NCBI GenBank assembly: GCA_052388135.1 | Contig: JBQTIM010000090.1 | Span: 1-46,807, forward strand | DNA: 46,807 bases | Reading direction: 5' to 3' | Origin: Elusimicrobiota bacterium | GTDB lineage: Bacteria > Elusimicrobiota > Elusimicrobia > FEN-1173 | Shown here: positions 31,202 to 42,164 of the stretch, one piece after another | How positions within the stretch are numbered: position 1 is the stretch's first letter | Layout of the letters: each line of letters starts with the position of its first letter | Made by a program: the position numbers and the translations under genes | Notes under the pieces: model-generated | The model's database searches: none | What the model was told of the DNA's origin: nothing | Seen by the model: the letters and a program-made list of their open reading frames with translations, nothing else

Positions 31202-33408
31202 AAAAGCGCCCGGCCCGCAAGCCCGCCGGTCCGTCGGGGCCCAAGGATTTCCTATTGGAGATCGGCGTCGAGGAGCTGCCGGCGCGGTTCGTGTTGAATC
31301 TAGTGTCCAGGAGCGCGATCGGCGAAGGTGCTTCTGTCCTAGAGGACGTCCTCGTCAGGCAGGGTTTGGCGAAGGCCGGGCTCTCCCACGGCGAAGTGAA
31401 AGTGTTCGGCACGCCGCGCCGTCTGGCCGTGCTGGTCCACGGCTTGGCGGACAAAGCTGAGGACCAAGTCCACGAGGCTTTGGGCCCGGCCGCGGCCCAG
31501 GCCAAGGACGCCGAAGGCAACTGGACTCCCGCCGCCCAGGGCTTCGCCCGCTCGCAAGGCGTCTCCCCTGAAAATTTGGAGGTCCGCAAAACGGATCGCG
31601 GAGAGCGCCTCTGCGCCGTGCGCAGGGAGGAAGGGCGGCCCGTCGAAAAAATTCTGCCGGAGCTTTTGCCCGCGCGGATCGCCCGGATCCCTTTCCCGAA
31701 AAATATGGTTTGGGAGGAAGGCCGCTTTTCCTTCGCCCGGCCCATCCGCTGGATCGTCGCCCTCTACGGCGACAAGCCGGTCAAGTTCGAGCTGGCCGGC
31801 GTCAAAAGCGGCCGCAAGACCAGCGCCCTCCGCTTCCACGGGAAAAAGTTCCTGGACGTGCCGTCCCCCGCCCGGTATGAAGCCGTCCTCAAAAACCATT
31901 GCGTGGTGGCCGACCCGAAGGAGCGGCGGGACCAGATTGAAAAACAAATCCATCTGGCCGCCAAGTCCGTCCACGGGCGCGTCCCCCTGGAAAAATTTCA
32001 GGACCTTCTGGACGAGGTGACGTATCTGGTGGAGCATCCCTCCGGCATCCTGGGCCGCTTCGCCCCCGGCCATTTGAAGCTGCCGCCGGAAATCCTCGTC
32101 ACGTCCATGAAAAAGCATCAAAAGTTTTTTCCGGTGTTCGACGCGCAGGGGAAACTCCTGCCCCATTTCGTCGGCGTCCGCAACGGCATGTCCGAGAACC
32201 AGGCCGTGGTGCGGGAAGGCTACGAGCGCGTGCTGGCCGCCCGTCTGGCCGACGCCGCGTTTTTCTTCGAGCAGGACCGGAAAACGTCTTTGCGCGACAA
32301 GGCCCCTCTGTTGAAGGGCGTGCTTTTCCAGAAAGCCCTGGGCGCCCTTTCCGACAAAACCGAGCGCGTCGCGGCACTTTGCATACACCTGTCCGCGAAT
32401 GTTTTGAACCTTCCGCAGAAAGACGGCGACGCCGCGGTGCAGATCGCGCGCCTGGGCAAGGCGGACCTGGTCACGTCCGTGGTGGGCGAGTTCCCCGAAC
32501 TCCAGGGCGTCATGGGCCGCCTCTACGCGGCGGCCGACGGCGAGCCGGCCGAGATCGCCGAGGGCATCGAGCAACATTACTGGCCCCTCACCGCCGACGG
32601 CGAGCTCCCCCGCGGCGACGCGGCGGCTCTGGCGTCCCTGGCGGACAAGCTGGACACCCTGGCCGGGGATTTCCTGGTGGGATTGATTCCTTCCGGTTCC
32701 GCCGATCCCTACGGCCTGCGCCGGGCGGCGGTGGGCGTCCTCCGCATCCTGGCGGACCGCGGCTGGCGGCTGGATTTGGCCGCCGCCGTGGAGAAGGCGC
32801 TCGCGGCGTTTCCGGATTCCGTCGCGGGCGACCGCCCGAAGGCGGCCGGCGCTCTCATGGATTTTTTCAAGCAGCGCTGGTCGGCCCTCATGGCGGCCAA
32901 GGGCTGCCGCTTCGACGAGATCGAGGCCGTGGCCTCCCTGCGGTTCGCCGACGTGGTGGACGCCGAAAACCGCCTGGAAGCCCTGCGGCAGATCCGCCGC
33001 CACCCGGATTTCACGCCCCTGGCCGTGGCCTACAAACGGGCGGCCAACATCCTGTCGCAAGCGCGGCAGAAAAACATCGCTTTCAACGTCCCCGCCGCGC
33101 CGCTGGAAAAATCCCGCGAGCCGGCCCACGCGGACCTTCACGCGGCGGTGGAGGCGGCCCGCGGCGCGGCGCATCCTCTCCTGGAGGGCGGGCGCTTCCG
33201 CGAGGCGCTCCAGGAACTGGTGCGCCTGCGCGCGCCGGTGGACCGTTTCTTCGAAAAGGTCATGGTCATGGCGCCGGAAGAGGACGTGCGGGCCAACCGG
33301 CTGGCCCTGCTGAACTCCATCGCGGAGCTCTTCCTCCGCGTGGCGGATTTTTCCGCCCTGCAGGACGTGCCCTCCGGCGCGGCCCCCGACGGGCCGGCGG
33401 CGCGGTAA
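31198..33408 (+). CDS. glyS: Glycyl-tRNA synthetase beta subunit
   Basis: [55 protein letters not shown]; GTGA overlap with glyQ. Confidence 0.96.
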   Translation: MKKRPARKPAGPSGPKDFLLEIGVEELPARFVLNLVSRSAIGEGASVLEDVLVRQGLAKAGLSHGEVKVFGTPRRLAVLVHGLADKAEDQVHEALGPAAAQAKDAEGNWTPAAQGFARSQGVSPENLEVRKTDRGERLCAVRREEGRPVEKILPELLPARIARIPFPKNMVWEEGRFSFARPIRWIVALYGDKPVKFELAGVKSGRKTSALRFHGKKFLDVPSPARYEAVLKNHCVVADPKERRDQIEKQIHLAAKSVHGRVPLEKFQDLLDEVTYLVEHPSGILGRFAPGHLKLPPEILVTSMKKHQKFFPVFDAQGKLLPHFVGVRNGMSENQAVVREGYERVLAARLADAAFFFEQDRKTSLRDKAPLLKGVLFQKALGALSDKTERVAALCIHLSANVLNLPQKDGDAAVQIARLGKADLVTSVVGEFPELQGVMGRLYAAADGEPAEIAEGIEQHYWPLTADGELPRGDAAALASLADKLDTLAGDFLVGLIPSGSADPYGLRRAAVGVLRILADRGWRLDLAAAVEKALAAFPDSVAGDRPKAAGALMDFFKQRWSALMAAKGCRFDEIEAVASLRFADVVDAENRLEALRQIRRHPDFTPLAVAYKRAANILSQARQKNIAFNVPAAPLEKSREPAHADLHAAVEAARGAAHPLLEGGRFREALQELVRLRAPVDRFFEKVMVMAPEEDVRANRLALLNSIAELFLRVADFSALQDVPSGAAPDGPAAR

Positions 33409-33435
33409 GGGTCTTGTAAATTCTTATCAACACCC

Positions 33436-33464
33436 TTGAATTTATCGACGGCGCGGGTTAGGCT
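33436..33464 (+). promoter_or_regulatory. sigma70 promoter upstream of the riboswitch
   Basis: TTGAAT-17bp-TAGGCT, ~15 nt before the aptamer. Confidence 0.5.
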
Positions 33465-33478
33465 TGGAAAGAAGGATT

Positions 33479-33561
33479 TGGCTCCGGCAAGGGCAACTCC
33501 ACCCGAGGGTGGGGACGCAAGCCCAGACCCCCTACTAAAGGCGGATGGGCTGCCGGAGCCA
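33479..33561 (+). ncRNA. c-di-GMP-I (GEMM-I)-like riboswitch aptamer
   Basis: AGGGCAA-CTCCACC..GGTGGG-GACGCAAGCCC...GGGCTGCCG follows the GEMM-I pattern; enclosed by the 11-bp helix TGGCTCCGGCA/TGCCGGAGCCA. Confidence 0.68.
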
Positions 33562-33570
33562 CTTTCAGGC

Positions 33571-33605
33571 CCCCGCCGCGACGGCAACGCCGCGGCGGGG
33601 TTTGT
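33571..33605 (+). terminator. Candidate terminator or expression-platform hairpin
   Basis: CCCCGCCGCG-10nt-CGCGGCGGGG followed by a short TTTGT. Confidence 0.4.
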
Positions 33606-33692
33606 CGTCCGCGCGGCGGCGCTCTCGGCGCGGCCGGCTCCGGCCGGGAATCCGGCGCCGCTCCGTTCCCGTGTCCCCGCGGTTCCTCTTTT

Positions 33693-33953
33693 ATGATCCT
33701 CTTCTTCCTCATCGCCCTGGCGGTTTTTTTTCTGGCGCTGGCTCTGGTGTTCCGCAAAACGCTGAAGCCCGCGGAATCGCCGGAGTTCGTCTTGGAAGGC
33801 CCTCCCATGCCGCGCGAGGTGGCCGCCGCGGCCCGGCGGCTGGAGCTTTGGCGCGGCCAAGGCCGCATTTCCCGCGAGGACTACGAGCGGCTGATGCATC
33901 TCTGCCGCGAGGACGCCGGCCTGTCCGCGAACCCGGGACCTCATCGGAAATGA
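33693..33953 (+). CDS. Small membrane protein with SHOCT-like C-terminus
   Basis: N-terminal TM MILFFLIALAVFFLALALVF; LELWRGQGRISREDYERL. Confidence 0.7.
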   Translation: MILFFLIALAVFFLALALVFRKTLKPAESPEFVLEGPPMPREVAAAARRLELWRGQGRISREDYERLMHLCREDAGLSANPGPHRK

Positions 33954-33993
33954 GGCGGCCGCGCCTCTTCGCCGGGCCGCCGCCGCTTTGCCT

Positions 33994-36213
33994 GTGAAGA
34001 AAAAATCGCCGCGCGCCGCGCCCCCCGCGCCGGCCGACGACGCGAAAACCCGTCTGCTGGCCGCCGCCCTGGTCGCCTGGGCGGCGGTGGTTTATTGGAA
34101 TTATTTCCAGGCCTACCCTTTCCCCGGTTTTCCTTTTTTCCGTTTTTTCGAGCTGCCCGAGCCTTTCCGGGCGGACGCGCGTTTTTTGCGCGCTCTCGGC
34201 CGGCACGCGGCCAGGCTCGCGGCGGCGGGTCTTTTCCTTTTTTCCTGCTGGGGATGGGGCCGCGCGGTTTTCCGCGATCGGCGCCCATCGGAGGGCTCGG
34301 GCCTGGAGCGGTTGCTTTTTGAGACCGCGGCGGGCGCGGTCGTCTGGGTTTTCCTCCTCATGGCCCTGGGGTTTTCGGGTTTTCTGCGGCCCTCGGTTCT
34401 GCAGGCCTGGACGGCGGCGGGCGCGGTCTGGGGCGCGGCGGCGTGGCTGAGGATTCGTCGCGGCCCGTCCGTGTCGGCGCCGGCGGCGCCTCCTTTTTCT
34501 CTGGGAGAAAAAATCCCGGCGGCGGCTCTGGCGGTCTGTCTTGCGCTGGGTCTTTTGGGCGCCCTCGTGCCCGAAACGGCTTTCGACGCCATGCACTATT
34601 ACCTGAGCCTCCCCGCGCACTGGCTGCGCCGCGGGCGGATCGCGGCCGACCCCCACCTGCTTCAATCCTACTTTCCCCACAACTTCTCCTTGCTCTTCAT
34701 CCCGCCCATGGCGGTGGGCGGCGTGGGAAGCGCGCGGCTCGTTCATTTGGCTTTCGGCGCGCTGTCCACCCTGGCGGTTTACGCGTTCGTCCGCGGGTGG
34801 GCGGGCCGATTCGCGGCGCTGGCGGCGGCCGCCCTGTTCGCTTCCACGCCTTCCGGCCTGATGGTGGCCTGGCGCGGCACTTCGGAATTGGGCCAGGCTT
34901 TTTTCGAGATCATGGCGGTTTACGCCCTTTTCCGGCGGCAGGGCGGCGAAGAGGGCGCCCGCCGCGACGTTCTCTGGGCGGGCGTTTTCGCCGGGGTCGG
35001 CCTGGGGATCAAATACACCAGCCTGGCCTCCGCGCCGCTTTTGGCGCTGTTGGCCTTCCTGCGCCGCGGCGCGGGCGGCCGCCGGGCAGGCGCCCAGGAC
35101 GCCCTTCTGCTGCTCACCGTCGCCGCGCTGGCGGCCTCGCCGTGGTATATCCGCAACTGGATGGAGGCCGGCAACCCCGTTTATCCTTTCCTCTCCGGCG
35201 TCTTCGGCGGGCAAACCATCGGCCACGCCGGCAACGTGGGCACCGATCCCGCGCCCATACCCGACACCTGGGGCAACTATCTTCTGTTTCCCTGGAAGGT
35301 GACCATGGGAACGCTGGCCCAGGAGGGTTTCTCCGGCCCCCTTTGGCTGATCCTTCTTCCCTTGCTTTTCGTCCGCTCTCCGGCCGGGCCGCACCTTCGG
35401 TTCGCGGGAGTTTATCTGGCGGGCGCCGCCGCCTTCTGGCACGGCTTCTCGCACCTCTACCTCCGCTATTTCCTTCATGTCCTGCCCGTCCTGGCCGCAG
35501 CGCTGGCCCTGCGCGCGGAGGCCCGCCCGGCCTGGTTCCGGAGTCTGTTCATCTGGATCCTCCTGCCCGGCCTGGCCTCCAACATCGCTTTCAGCATGCT
35601 CATCCTGAAAACCAACAAGGACCCTCTGCCCGTGCTGGCCGGACAGCGGACCGAGGATGCCTATCTGTCCACGCTCCGCCTGTCCTATCCTTTCCCCTAC
35701 CACCCGGCCGCCGCCTGGGCCAACGAGAACCTCCCGCCGGAAGCCAAGGTTTTGTTCGTGGGAGAGACGCGCAGCCTTTATTTGGAGCGGGACGCCGTCT
35801 GGAACGACGTGAGCGACCACAACACTCTGGTGGCGCTGTGCCGGCAGGCGCGGGACGCCGAGGACCTCCGCCGCCTTTTCCGCCAGCGGGGCGTGACCCA
35901 CATCCTCATCAATTATCCCGAGCTGGCCCGGGTGAAAGGCTACGACGTTTTGAACTGGGAAGGGCCCGACTTGGCGGTGTTCCTCAAGTTCTGGCGCTCC
36001 TATATAAGGGAGGCCTACGCGGGCGCGGCCGCTGTTCCGGGCCTGTCCGCCGACCGGCGCCGGGCCTATGAGGAAAGCCCCTTCAACGCCGTTTTCCTTT
36101 ATGAAATATTGGATGCTCCCCAGGGGCCGGACCGCGCCCCGCCTCCCCTCTGGCTGCACGAGTCGCTCTATCCGCCCGCGCGCCGGCCCGCGGTGGACGC
36201 CGTCCAGGGCTGA
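33994..36213 (+). CDS. Polytopic GT-C glycosyltransferase (ArnT/PMT-like)
   Basis: More than 12 TM helices; PETAFDAMHYYLSLP, GIKYT, SPWYIRNW..GNPVYPF, RYFL, WANENLP..AKVLFVGE. Start is GTG 33994 or TTG 33988. Confidence 0.8.
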   Translation: MKKKSPRAAPPAPADDAKTRLLAAALVAWAAVVYWNYFQAYPFPGFPFFRFFELPEPFRADARFLRALGRHAARLAAAGLFLFSCWGWGRAVFRDRRPSEGSGLERLLFETAAGAVVWVFLLMALGFSGFLRPSVLQAWTAAGAVWGAAAWLRIRRGPSVSAPAAPPFSLGEKIPAAALAVCLALGLLGALVPETAFDAMHYYLSLPAHWLRRGRIAADPHLLQSYFPHNFSLLFIPPMAVGGVGSARLVHLAFGALSTLAVYAFVRGWAGRFAALAAAALFASTPSGLMVAWRGTSELGQAFFEIMAVYALFRRQGGEEGARRDVLWAGVFAGVGLGIKYTSLASAPLLALLAFLRRGAGGRRAGAQDALLLLTVAALAASPWYIRNWMEAGNPVYPFLSGVFGGQTIGHAGNVGTDPAPIPDTWGNYLLFPWKVTMGTLAQEGFSGPLWLILLPLLFVRSPAGPHLRFAGVYLAGAAAFWHGFSHLYLRYFLHVLPVLAAALALRAEARPAWFRSLFIWILLPGLASNIAFSMLILKTNKDPLPVLAGQRTEDAYLSTLRLSYPFPYHPAAAWANENLPPEAKVLFVGETRSLYLERDAVWNDVSDHNTLVALCRQARDAEDLRRLFRQRGVTHILINYPELARVKGYDVLNWEGPDLAVFLKFWRSYIREAYAGAAAVPGLSADRRRAYEESPFNAVFLYEILDAPQGPDRAPPPLWLHESLYPPARRPAVDAVQG

Positions 36214-36222
36214 CTTTTTTTC

Positions 36223-36251
36223 TTGACACGCGGCCCGCTTATGTTTATAAT
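36223..36251 (+). promoter_or_regulatory. Consensus sigma70 promoter of groESL
   Basis: TTGACA-17bp-TATAAT. Confidence 0.9.
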
Positions 36252-36277
36252 TGTCACTCGAGGGGTCTTACTGCTAA
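36251..36277 (+). promoter_or_regulatory. CIRCE-like HrcA operator 1
   Basis: TTGTCACTC-N9-TACTGCTAA versus consensus TTAGCACTC-N9-GAGTGCTAA; spans the predicted transcription start. Confidence 0.7.
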
Positions 36278-36353
36278 TATGCGGCGCGGCCCTTCCGGCG
36301 AAAACGGCCCATCGCGCTTCCGACGGCGATCAGGCTTTTTTTTGGTTCCTTAA

Positions 36354-36380
36354 TTAGCAGTCTATTTATGGAGGTGCTAG
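36354..36380 (+). promoter_or_regulatory. CIRCE-like HrcA operator 2, overlapping the groES RBS
   Basis: TTAGCAGTC-N9-AGGTGCTAG; contains GGAGG. Confidence 0.55.
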
Positions 36381-36382
36381 AT

Positions 36383-36700
36383 ATGGTGGACGCAGTCCTG
36401 ACGAAAGTCAAAATTAAGCCCCTGGGCGACCGGGTGCTCGTGAAACCGGTGGAGAAGGAAAAGCAGGAGCGGGGCGGGCTCATCATCCCGGATTCCGCCA
36501 AGGAGAAGCCGCAGGAGGGGGAAGTCGTCTCCGCCGGCAAAGGCAAGATCGCGGAGGACGGCAAGCTCATCCCCATGGATGTGAAGGCCGGCGACAAGAT
36601 CCTCTACGGCAAGTATTCCGGAACCGAGATCAAGATCGACGGCGAGGATTACTTGATCATGCACCAGGACGACATCCTGGGCATCCTCGAGAGCAAATAA
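36383..36700 (+). CDS. groES: Co-chaperonin GroES
   Basis: [36 protein letters not shown]; GGAGG RBS favours ATG 36383. Confidence 0.97.
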   Translation: MVDAVLTKVKIKPLGDRVLVKPVEKEKQERGGLIIPDSAKEKPQEGEVVSAGKGKIAEDGKLIPMDVKAGDKILYGKYSGTEIKIDGEDYLIMHQDDILGILESK

Positions 36701-38371
<1,671 letters not shown>

Positions 38372-38399
38372 AGCCCGAAGCCGAAAAGACGTTCAAGCG

Positions 38400-38437
38400 A
38401 AGAAGGGAGGGTCTCCAAGGACCCTACCTTCTTTTTT
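38400..38437 (+). terminator. Intrinsic terminator after groEL
   Basis: AAGAAGGGAGGGTC-TCCAAG-GACCCTACCTTCTTTTTT. Confidence 0.8.
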
Positions 38438-38443
38438 GTTATA

Positions 38444-38566
38444 CCGGATTCCCCTGTTGGGCGCGAGGACCGAGACTGAAATGACGGGGATTTTTTACGA
38501 TAAAAAATGTGAGGGAAAAGCCCCGGATTTTGCGTCGAATCCCGCGATCCGGCCGGGGAATCCGGG
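38444..38566 (+). mobile_element. MITE-like repeat family A, full copy
   Basis: Terminal inverted repeats CCGGATTCCCC / GGGGAATCCGG(G), TA close to both ends; homologous to the reverse complement of 39285-39445. Confidence 0.75.
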
Positions 38567-39235
38567 TTAAGGAAGGGGCGCCGCGGCGTCCTTCCAGCGG
38601 AGGTAGGCGGGACCCACCATCATGGCGGCGTATTGAGCTTGAAAGAGGACGCTGAGCAGGAAACCCGCGGCGGCGTGGGCGAGGGCCAGCGGCACCAGGT
38701 GGGGCGTTTTCAGGAAGATCCAGGTGAAGACGGAGCCGCCCACGAGAGAAAAAGACATCAGCATGGGGTTGGGAAGATGGATAAGGGCGAAGAGGACGCC
38801 GGCGGCGGCCGACACGAGGATCGGGCGCGGCCCGAACGCCTCCCGCAGGCGGTTGGCGATGAAGGATTGGAGCGCATACTGCTGGGCGAACGCCCAAAGC
38901 GGGTAGCCGAAGAGGCCGAAAATGAGCTTGGGCAGGGGCGGCGGCGGTTGAGCCGAGGCCAGCAAAGCCAAGGCGGCCAGGGGAAGCCCGAGGATTTTCA
39001 CCGTGAGGCGGAGGCAGGGCAGGAAATGGCGCCGAGCCAGGCCGATCTTGGCGCGGGAATCGTGGTGGCGGTAATTCGACAGGTGGCAGACGCTCAGCAG
39101 CATCAGCCCGGCCACCAGGAGCGGCGGCCGCCAGGGAAGCCTTTGGCCGATCCAGATGACGGCGAAGACCAGGGCGTAAAAAATCAAGACTTCCAAAAGC
39201 GAGGAGGCCGCGCCGGCCCTGCGCGAAGGGCTCAT
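38567..39235 (-). CDS. CPBP (Abi/CAAX protease-like) intramembrane protein
   Basis: Multiple TMs; QQYALQSF in place of EExxxRG, FALIHLPN, LALAHA. Confidence 0.75.
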   Translation of the reverse strand: MSPSRRAGAASSLLEVLIFYALVFAVIWIGQRLPWRPPLLVAGLMLLSVCHLSNYRHHDSRAKIGLARRHFLPCLRLTVKILGLPLAALALLASAQPPPPLPKLIFGLFGYPLWAFAQQYALQSFIANRLREAFGPRPILVSAAAGVLFALIHLPNPMLMSFSLVGGSVFTWIFLKTPHLVPLALAHAAAGFLLSVLFQAQYAAMMVGPAYLRWKDAAAPLP

Positions 39236-39240
39236 GGGTA

Positions 39241-39269
39241 AGTGTATCCGCCGCCGCCGGCGGCTTCAA
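39241..39269 (-). promoter_or_regulatory. sigma70 promoter, probably leaderless CPBP transcript
   Basis: TTGAAG-17bp-TACACT, ending 5 nt before the ATG. Confidence 0.55.
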
Positions 39270-39284
39270 TGGAAAAACGGCGAA

Positions 39285-39445
39285 CCCGGATTCCCCGGTT
39301 GGATCGCTGGATTCGACGTAATATCCGGGGCTTTTTCCTTCACGAAAAAGTTCGACCGCAGTCCGGGCTGCGCCCTCACTTTTTTCCTTCGTAAAAATCC
39401 CCGGCTTTTCCGTCTCGGTCCTGGCGCCCGACCGGGGAATCCGGG
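39285..39445 (-). mobile_element. MITE-like repeat family A, full copy with an extra internal segment
   Basis: Perfect 14-bp TIR CCCGGATTCCCCGG / CCGGGGAATCCGGG; abuts the metF TAG. Confidence 0.78.
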
Positions 39446-40312
39446 CTAAGCGTTTTGGAGGGTCTTCAGGATTTCGCGGGTGGAGTGGGAGCGGTTGAGC
39501 GTGTAGAAATGGATGCCCGGCGCGCCGCCGGCCAGGAGGTCCCGGCACTGCCGGGCGGCGTGGGCGATGCCGAGGCGGGCCACGGCCTCTTTGTCCTCTT
39601 GGGCGGCCTCCAGCTCGCGTAAAAAATCCGCCGGTATCTTGGCCCCGCACAAGGTCGTGAACCGTTTGATCTGCGCCACGTTGGTCACGGGCATGATGCC
39701 CGGCAGGATGGGGACGGCGATGCCCAGGGCGCGGGCCTTCCGCACGAAAGAAAAGTAATCGGCGTTGTCGAAGAACAGCTGGGTGATGAGGAAGTCCGCC
39801 CCGGCGTCCACTTTGAGCTTGAGGTGCCGGAGGTCCTGCTCCTTGTCGGGGCATTCGACGTGGCCTTCGGGGTAGCCGGCGGCCGCCACGCAGAAGTCCC
39901 AGCGGGAGCGGATGAAGCGGACGAGCTCGTCGGCGTAACGGAATCCGTCGGGATGGGGAGAAAATTCGGTCTGACCCTTGGGCGGGTCGCCCCGCAGGGC
40001 CAGCACGTTCTCGATGCCGCGGGCCCGGATGTCGTCCAGAATGGCTTCCAGGTCCGCGCGGGAGGCGCCCACGCAGGTCAGGTGCGCCATGGTCTCCACG
40101 CCGAGGCGTTCCTTCACGGCGCAGACGATGTCCAGGGTTCTCCGGCGGGTGCTTCCTCCCGCGCCCCAGGTCACGGAAATGTAGGCGGGGTTCAGCGCCC
40201 GCAGCTCGGCGGCCGTCCGCAGCAGAAGCTCGGCGTCTTCGTCGCTTTTCGGAGGGAAGAACTCGAAGGAAAAGGCGGGACCCGGTCGTTTGAGGAGCTC
40301 GGAGATTTTCAC
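39446..40312 (-). CDS. metF: 5,10-methylenetetrahydrofolate reductase
   Basis: SFEFFPPK, SVTWGAGGS, AHLTC, LALRGDPP, GYPEGH, ITQLFFD, HFYTLN; probable GTG start at 40312. Confidence 0.96.
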   Translation of the reverse strand: MKISELLKRPGPAFSFEFFPPKSDEDAELLLRTAAELRALNPAYISVTWGAGGSTRRRTLDIVCAVKERLGVETMAHLTCVGASRADLEAILDDIRARGIENVLALRGDPPKGQTEFSPHPDGFRYADELVRFIRSRWDFCVAAAGYPEGHVECPDKEQDLRHLKLKVDAGADFLITQLFFDNADYFSFVRKARALGIAVPILPGIMPVTNVAQIKRFTTLCGAKIPADFLRELEAAQEDKEAVARLGIAHAARQCRDLLAGGAPGIHFYTLNRSHSTREILKTLQNA

Positions 40313-40363
40313 TTTCCAAAAAAGTGTACAATTTGGAATCAACCGTCACAAGGACGTGTTCGC

Positions 40364-41125
40364 ATGGACATCAAAAACAAAGTGGCGCTGGTCACGGGCG
40401 GCGCGCGGGTGGGGCGGGCGGTGGCGGAGGCCCTGGCCGCGCGGGGATGCCATGTGGCGCTGGTTTACCGGAAGTCCCGCGCCCGGGCGGAGGCCGCGTC
40501 GGAGGCGGCGCGCGCCCGCGGCGTCCGCGGATTTTTGGTGCAGGCGGACCTGCGCCGGCCCGGCGACGTGGAAAAAATCGTGCCCGCCGTGGAGAAGGAG
40601 TTCGGCCGCCTGGACGTGCTCGTGAACATGGCCTCCCCCTACGAGAAGGTCCGCGACCTGGCCAAGCCCGGCCCCGACGGAAAGCCCGCCGGCGAAGCGC
40701 CCTGGCGGGAAAGCCTCGACGTGGAGGCCGCCGCGGCCTACTCCCTGTCCCTGCGGGCGGCGCCCCTCATGCGGAAAAACGGCGGCGGTCGCATCGTCAA
40801 CTTTTCCGACTGGCTGGCGGCCAGCGGGCGCCCGCGCTACCGGGATTACCTGCCCTACTACATGGCGAAGGCCGCCGTGAAAGGCGTGACGGAGGCTCTG
40901 GCCCTTGAGCTGGCGCCCGACATCTTGGTCAACGCCGTGGCGCCGGGCCCCATCCTGCCGCCCGACGACATGTCCGAGGACGAAAAGGCGGAGGTGGTCC
41001 GCGCCACGCCCCTGCGGCGCTGGGGGGGCGCGGAGGAGATCGCCAAGGCCGTTTTGTTTCTGCTGGAGACGGATTTCGTCACCGGGGAGTGTTTGCGCGT
41101 GGACGGCGGCCGGCACCTTTACTGA
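40364..41125 (+). CDS. SDR oxidoreductase, pteridine reductase/FolM-like
   Basis: ALVTGGARVG, GRLDVLVN, YYMAK (YxxxK), ELAP.ILVNAVAPG, VTG..L.VDGGRHL. Confidence 0.88.
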   Translation: MDIKNKVALVTGGARVGRAVAEALAARGCHVALVYRKSRARAEAASEAARARGVRGFLVQADLRRPGDVEKIVPAVEKEFGRLDVLVNMASPYEKVRDLAKPGPDGKPAGEAPWRESLDVEAAAAYSLSLRAAPLMRKNGGGRIVNFSDWLAASGRPRYRDYLPYYMAKAAVKGVTEALALELAPDILVNAVAPGPILPPDDMSEDEKAEVVRATPLRRWGGAEEIAKAVLFLLETDFVTGECLRVDGGRHLY

Positions 41126-41733
41126 TGAAAAAAGAACACATTCCGACCCCCGCGCCCGTCTCAAGTTCTTACCTCCGCTGGGGCTACGTCCTGGGCGTGA
41201 GTTCCTGCGCGCTGGGGCTGGCCATCCTGCTGGCGGCCGGCGCGACGTCCCTGCGGTCGGCGTTGCGCGGCGTGCGGAAAGCCGACCTGCCCGGCCGGAC
41301 CGCGCTCACGCTGAACAGGCCGGGGCTTTATCTCGGGCTTTACCGGCATCTGGGCGAGGACCCGGCGCCTTTGCGGGAGCTGTCTCAACTGGAAATTTTG
41401 CTCACGGACGAGGGCGGCGTGCCCGTCCCGCTGACGCGCACGCCCGGCGCCGCGGCCCGGGTGGGCGGGCAGGCGGCCCTGGTGCTTTTCCACGCCGAGG
41501 TGCCGTCCAGCGGGCGCTACCGCCTGTCGTCGGCCTATCCGTCGGGCGTGCCGGGGCCCTCGGTGGAAGCCTGGCTGGTGCACGAATCCCTGCCGGAGAC
41601 GCGCTCGGAGCTGGCCGCCGGGGCCGTGGTCTGCCTCGTCCTGTCGGTTTTCGGCGTGTTCGTCCTGGTTCGGACGCGGCGCCTGGCCAAGGCCTCGGCG
41701 CCGGCCCCGCCCCTTCCTCCCCGAAAGAAATAG
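41125..41733 (+). CDS. Hypothetical membrane protein (2 TM)
   Basis: TGATG overlap with the SDR stop; hydrophobic helices near both termini. Confidence 0.7.
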   Translation: MKKEHIPTPAPVSSSYLRWGYVLGVSSCALGLAILLAAGATSLRSALRGVRKADLPGRTALTLNRPGLYLGLYRHLGEDPAPLRELSQLEILLTDEGGVPVPLTRTPGAAARVGGQAALVLFHAEVPSSGRYRLSSAYPSGVPGPSVEAWLVHESLPETRSELAAGAVVCLVLSVFGVFVLVRTRRLAKASAPAPPLPPRKK

Positions 41734-41735
41734 AC

Positions 41736-42164
41736 GTGCCCGCCGCCAAGCTCAACGACAAGGTGAAGGTGCATTACACCGGGCGGCTGGACGACGGCAC
41801 GGTGTTCGACTCGTCGCGGACGCGCGCCCCCCTGCAGTTCGTTTTGGGCCGCGGCGAAATGATCCCCGGCTTCGAGCGCGCCGTGGAGGGCATGCGGCCG
41901 GGCGAGGCGAAAACGGTCCGCGTCCCGCCGGAGCAAGCCTACGGCCTCCATCGCAAAGAGATGGTTTTGGAAGTGGGAAAAAGCCAAGTTCCCGCCGACG
42001 CCGTTCCCCGCGAAGGGCAAACCCTCGCCGTGCGCTCCGCCGACGGGCGCCGCGTCCACGCCCGGGTGACCTCGGTCACAGCCGAGAAGGTGGTGCTGGA
42101 CGCCAACCACGCTTTGGCCGGCCGGGAGCTGCTTTTCGACATCGAGCTCCTGGAGATCCTTTGA
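41736..42164 (+). CDS. FKBP-type peptidyl-prolyl isomerase (SlyD/SlpA type)
   Basis: VKVHYTGRLDDGTVFDSS, IPGFE, PPEQAYG, DANHALAG.EL.FDIE. Confidence 0.93.
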   Translation: MPAAKLNDKVKVHYTGRLDDGTVFDSSRTRAPLQFVLGRGEMIPGFERAVEGMRPGEAKTVRVPPEQAYGLHRKEMVLEVGKSQVPADAVPREGQTLAVRSADGRRVHARVTSVTAEKVVLDANHALAGRELLFDIELLEIL

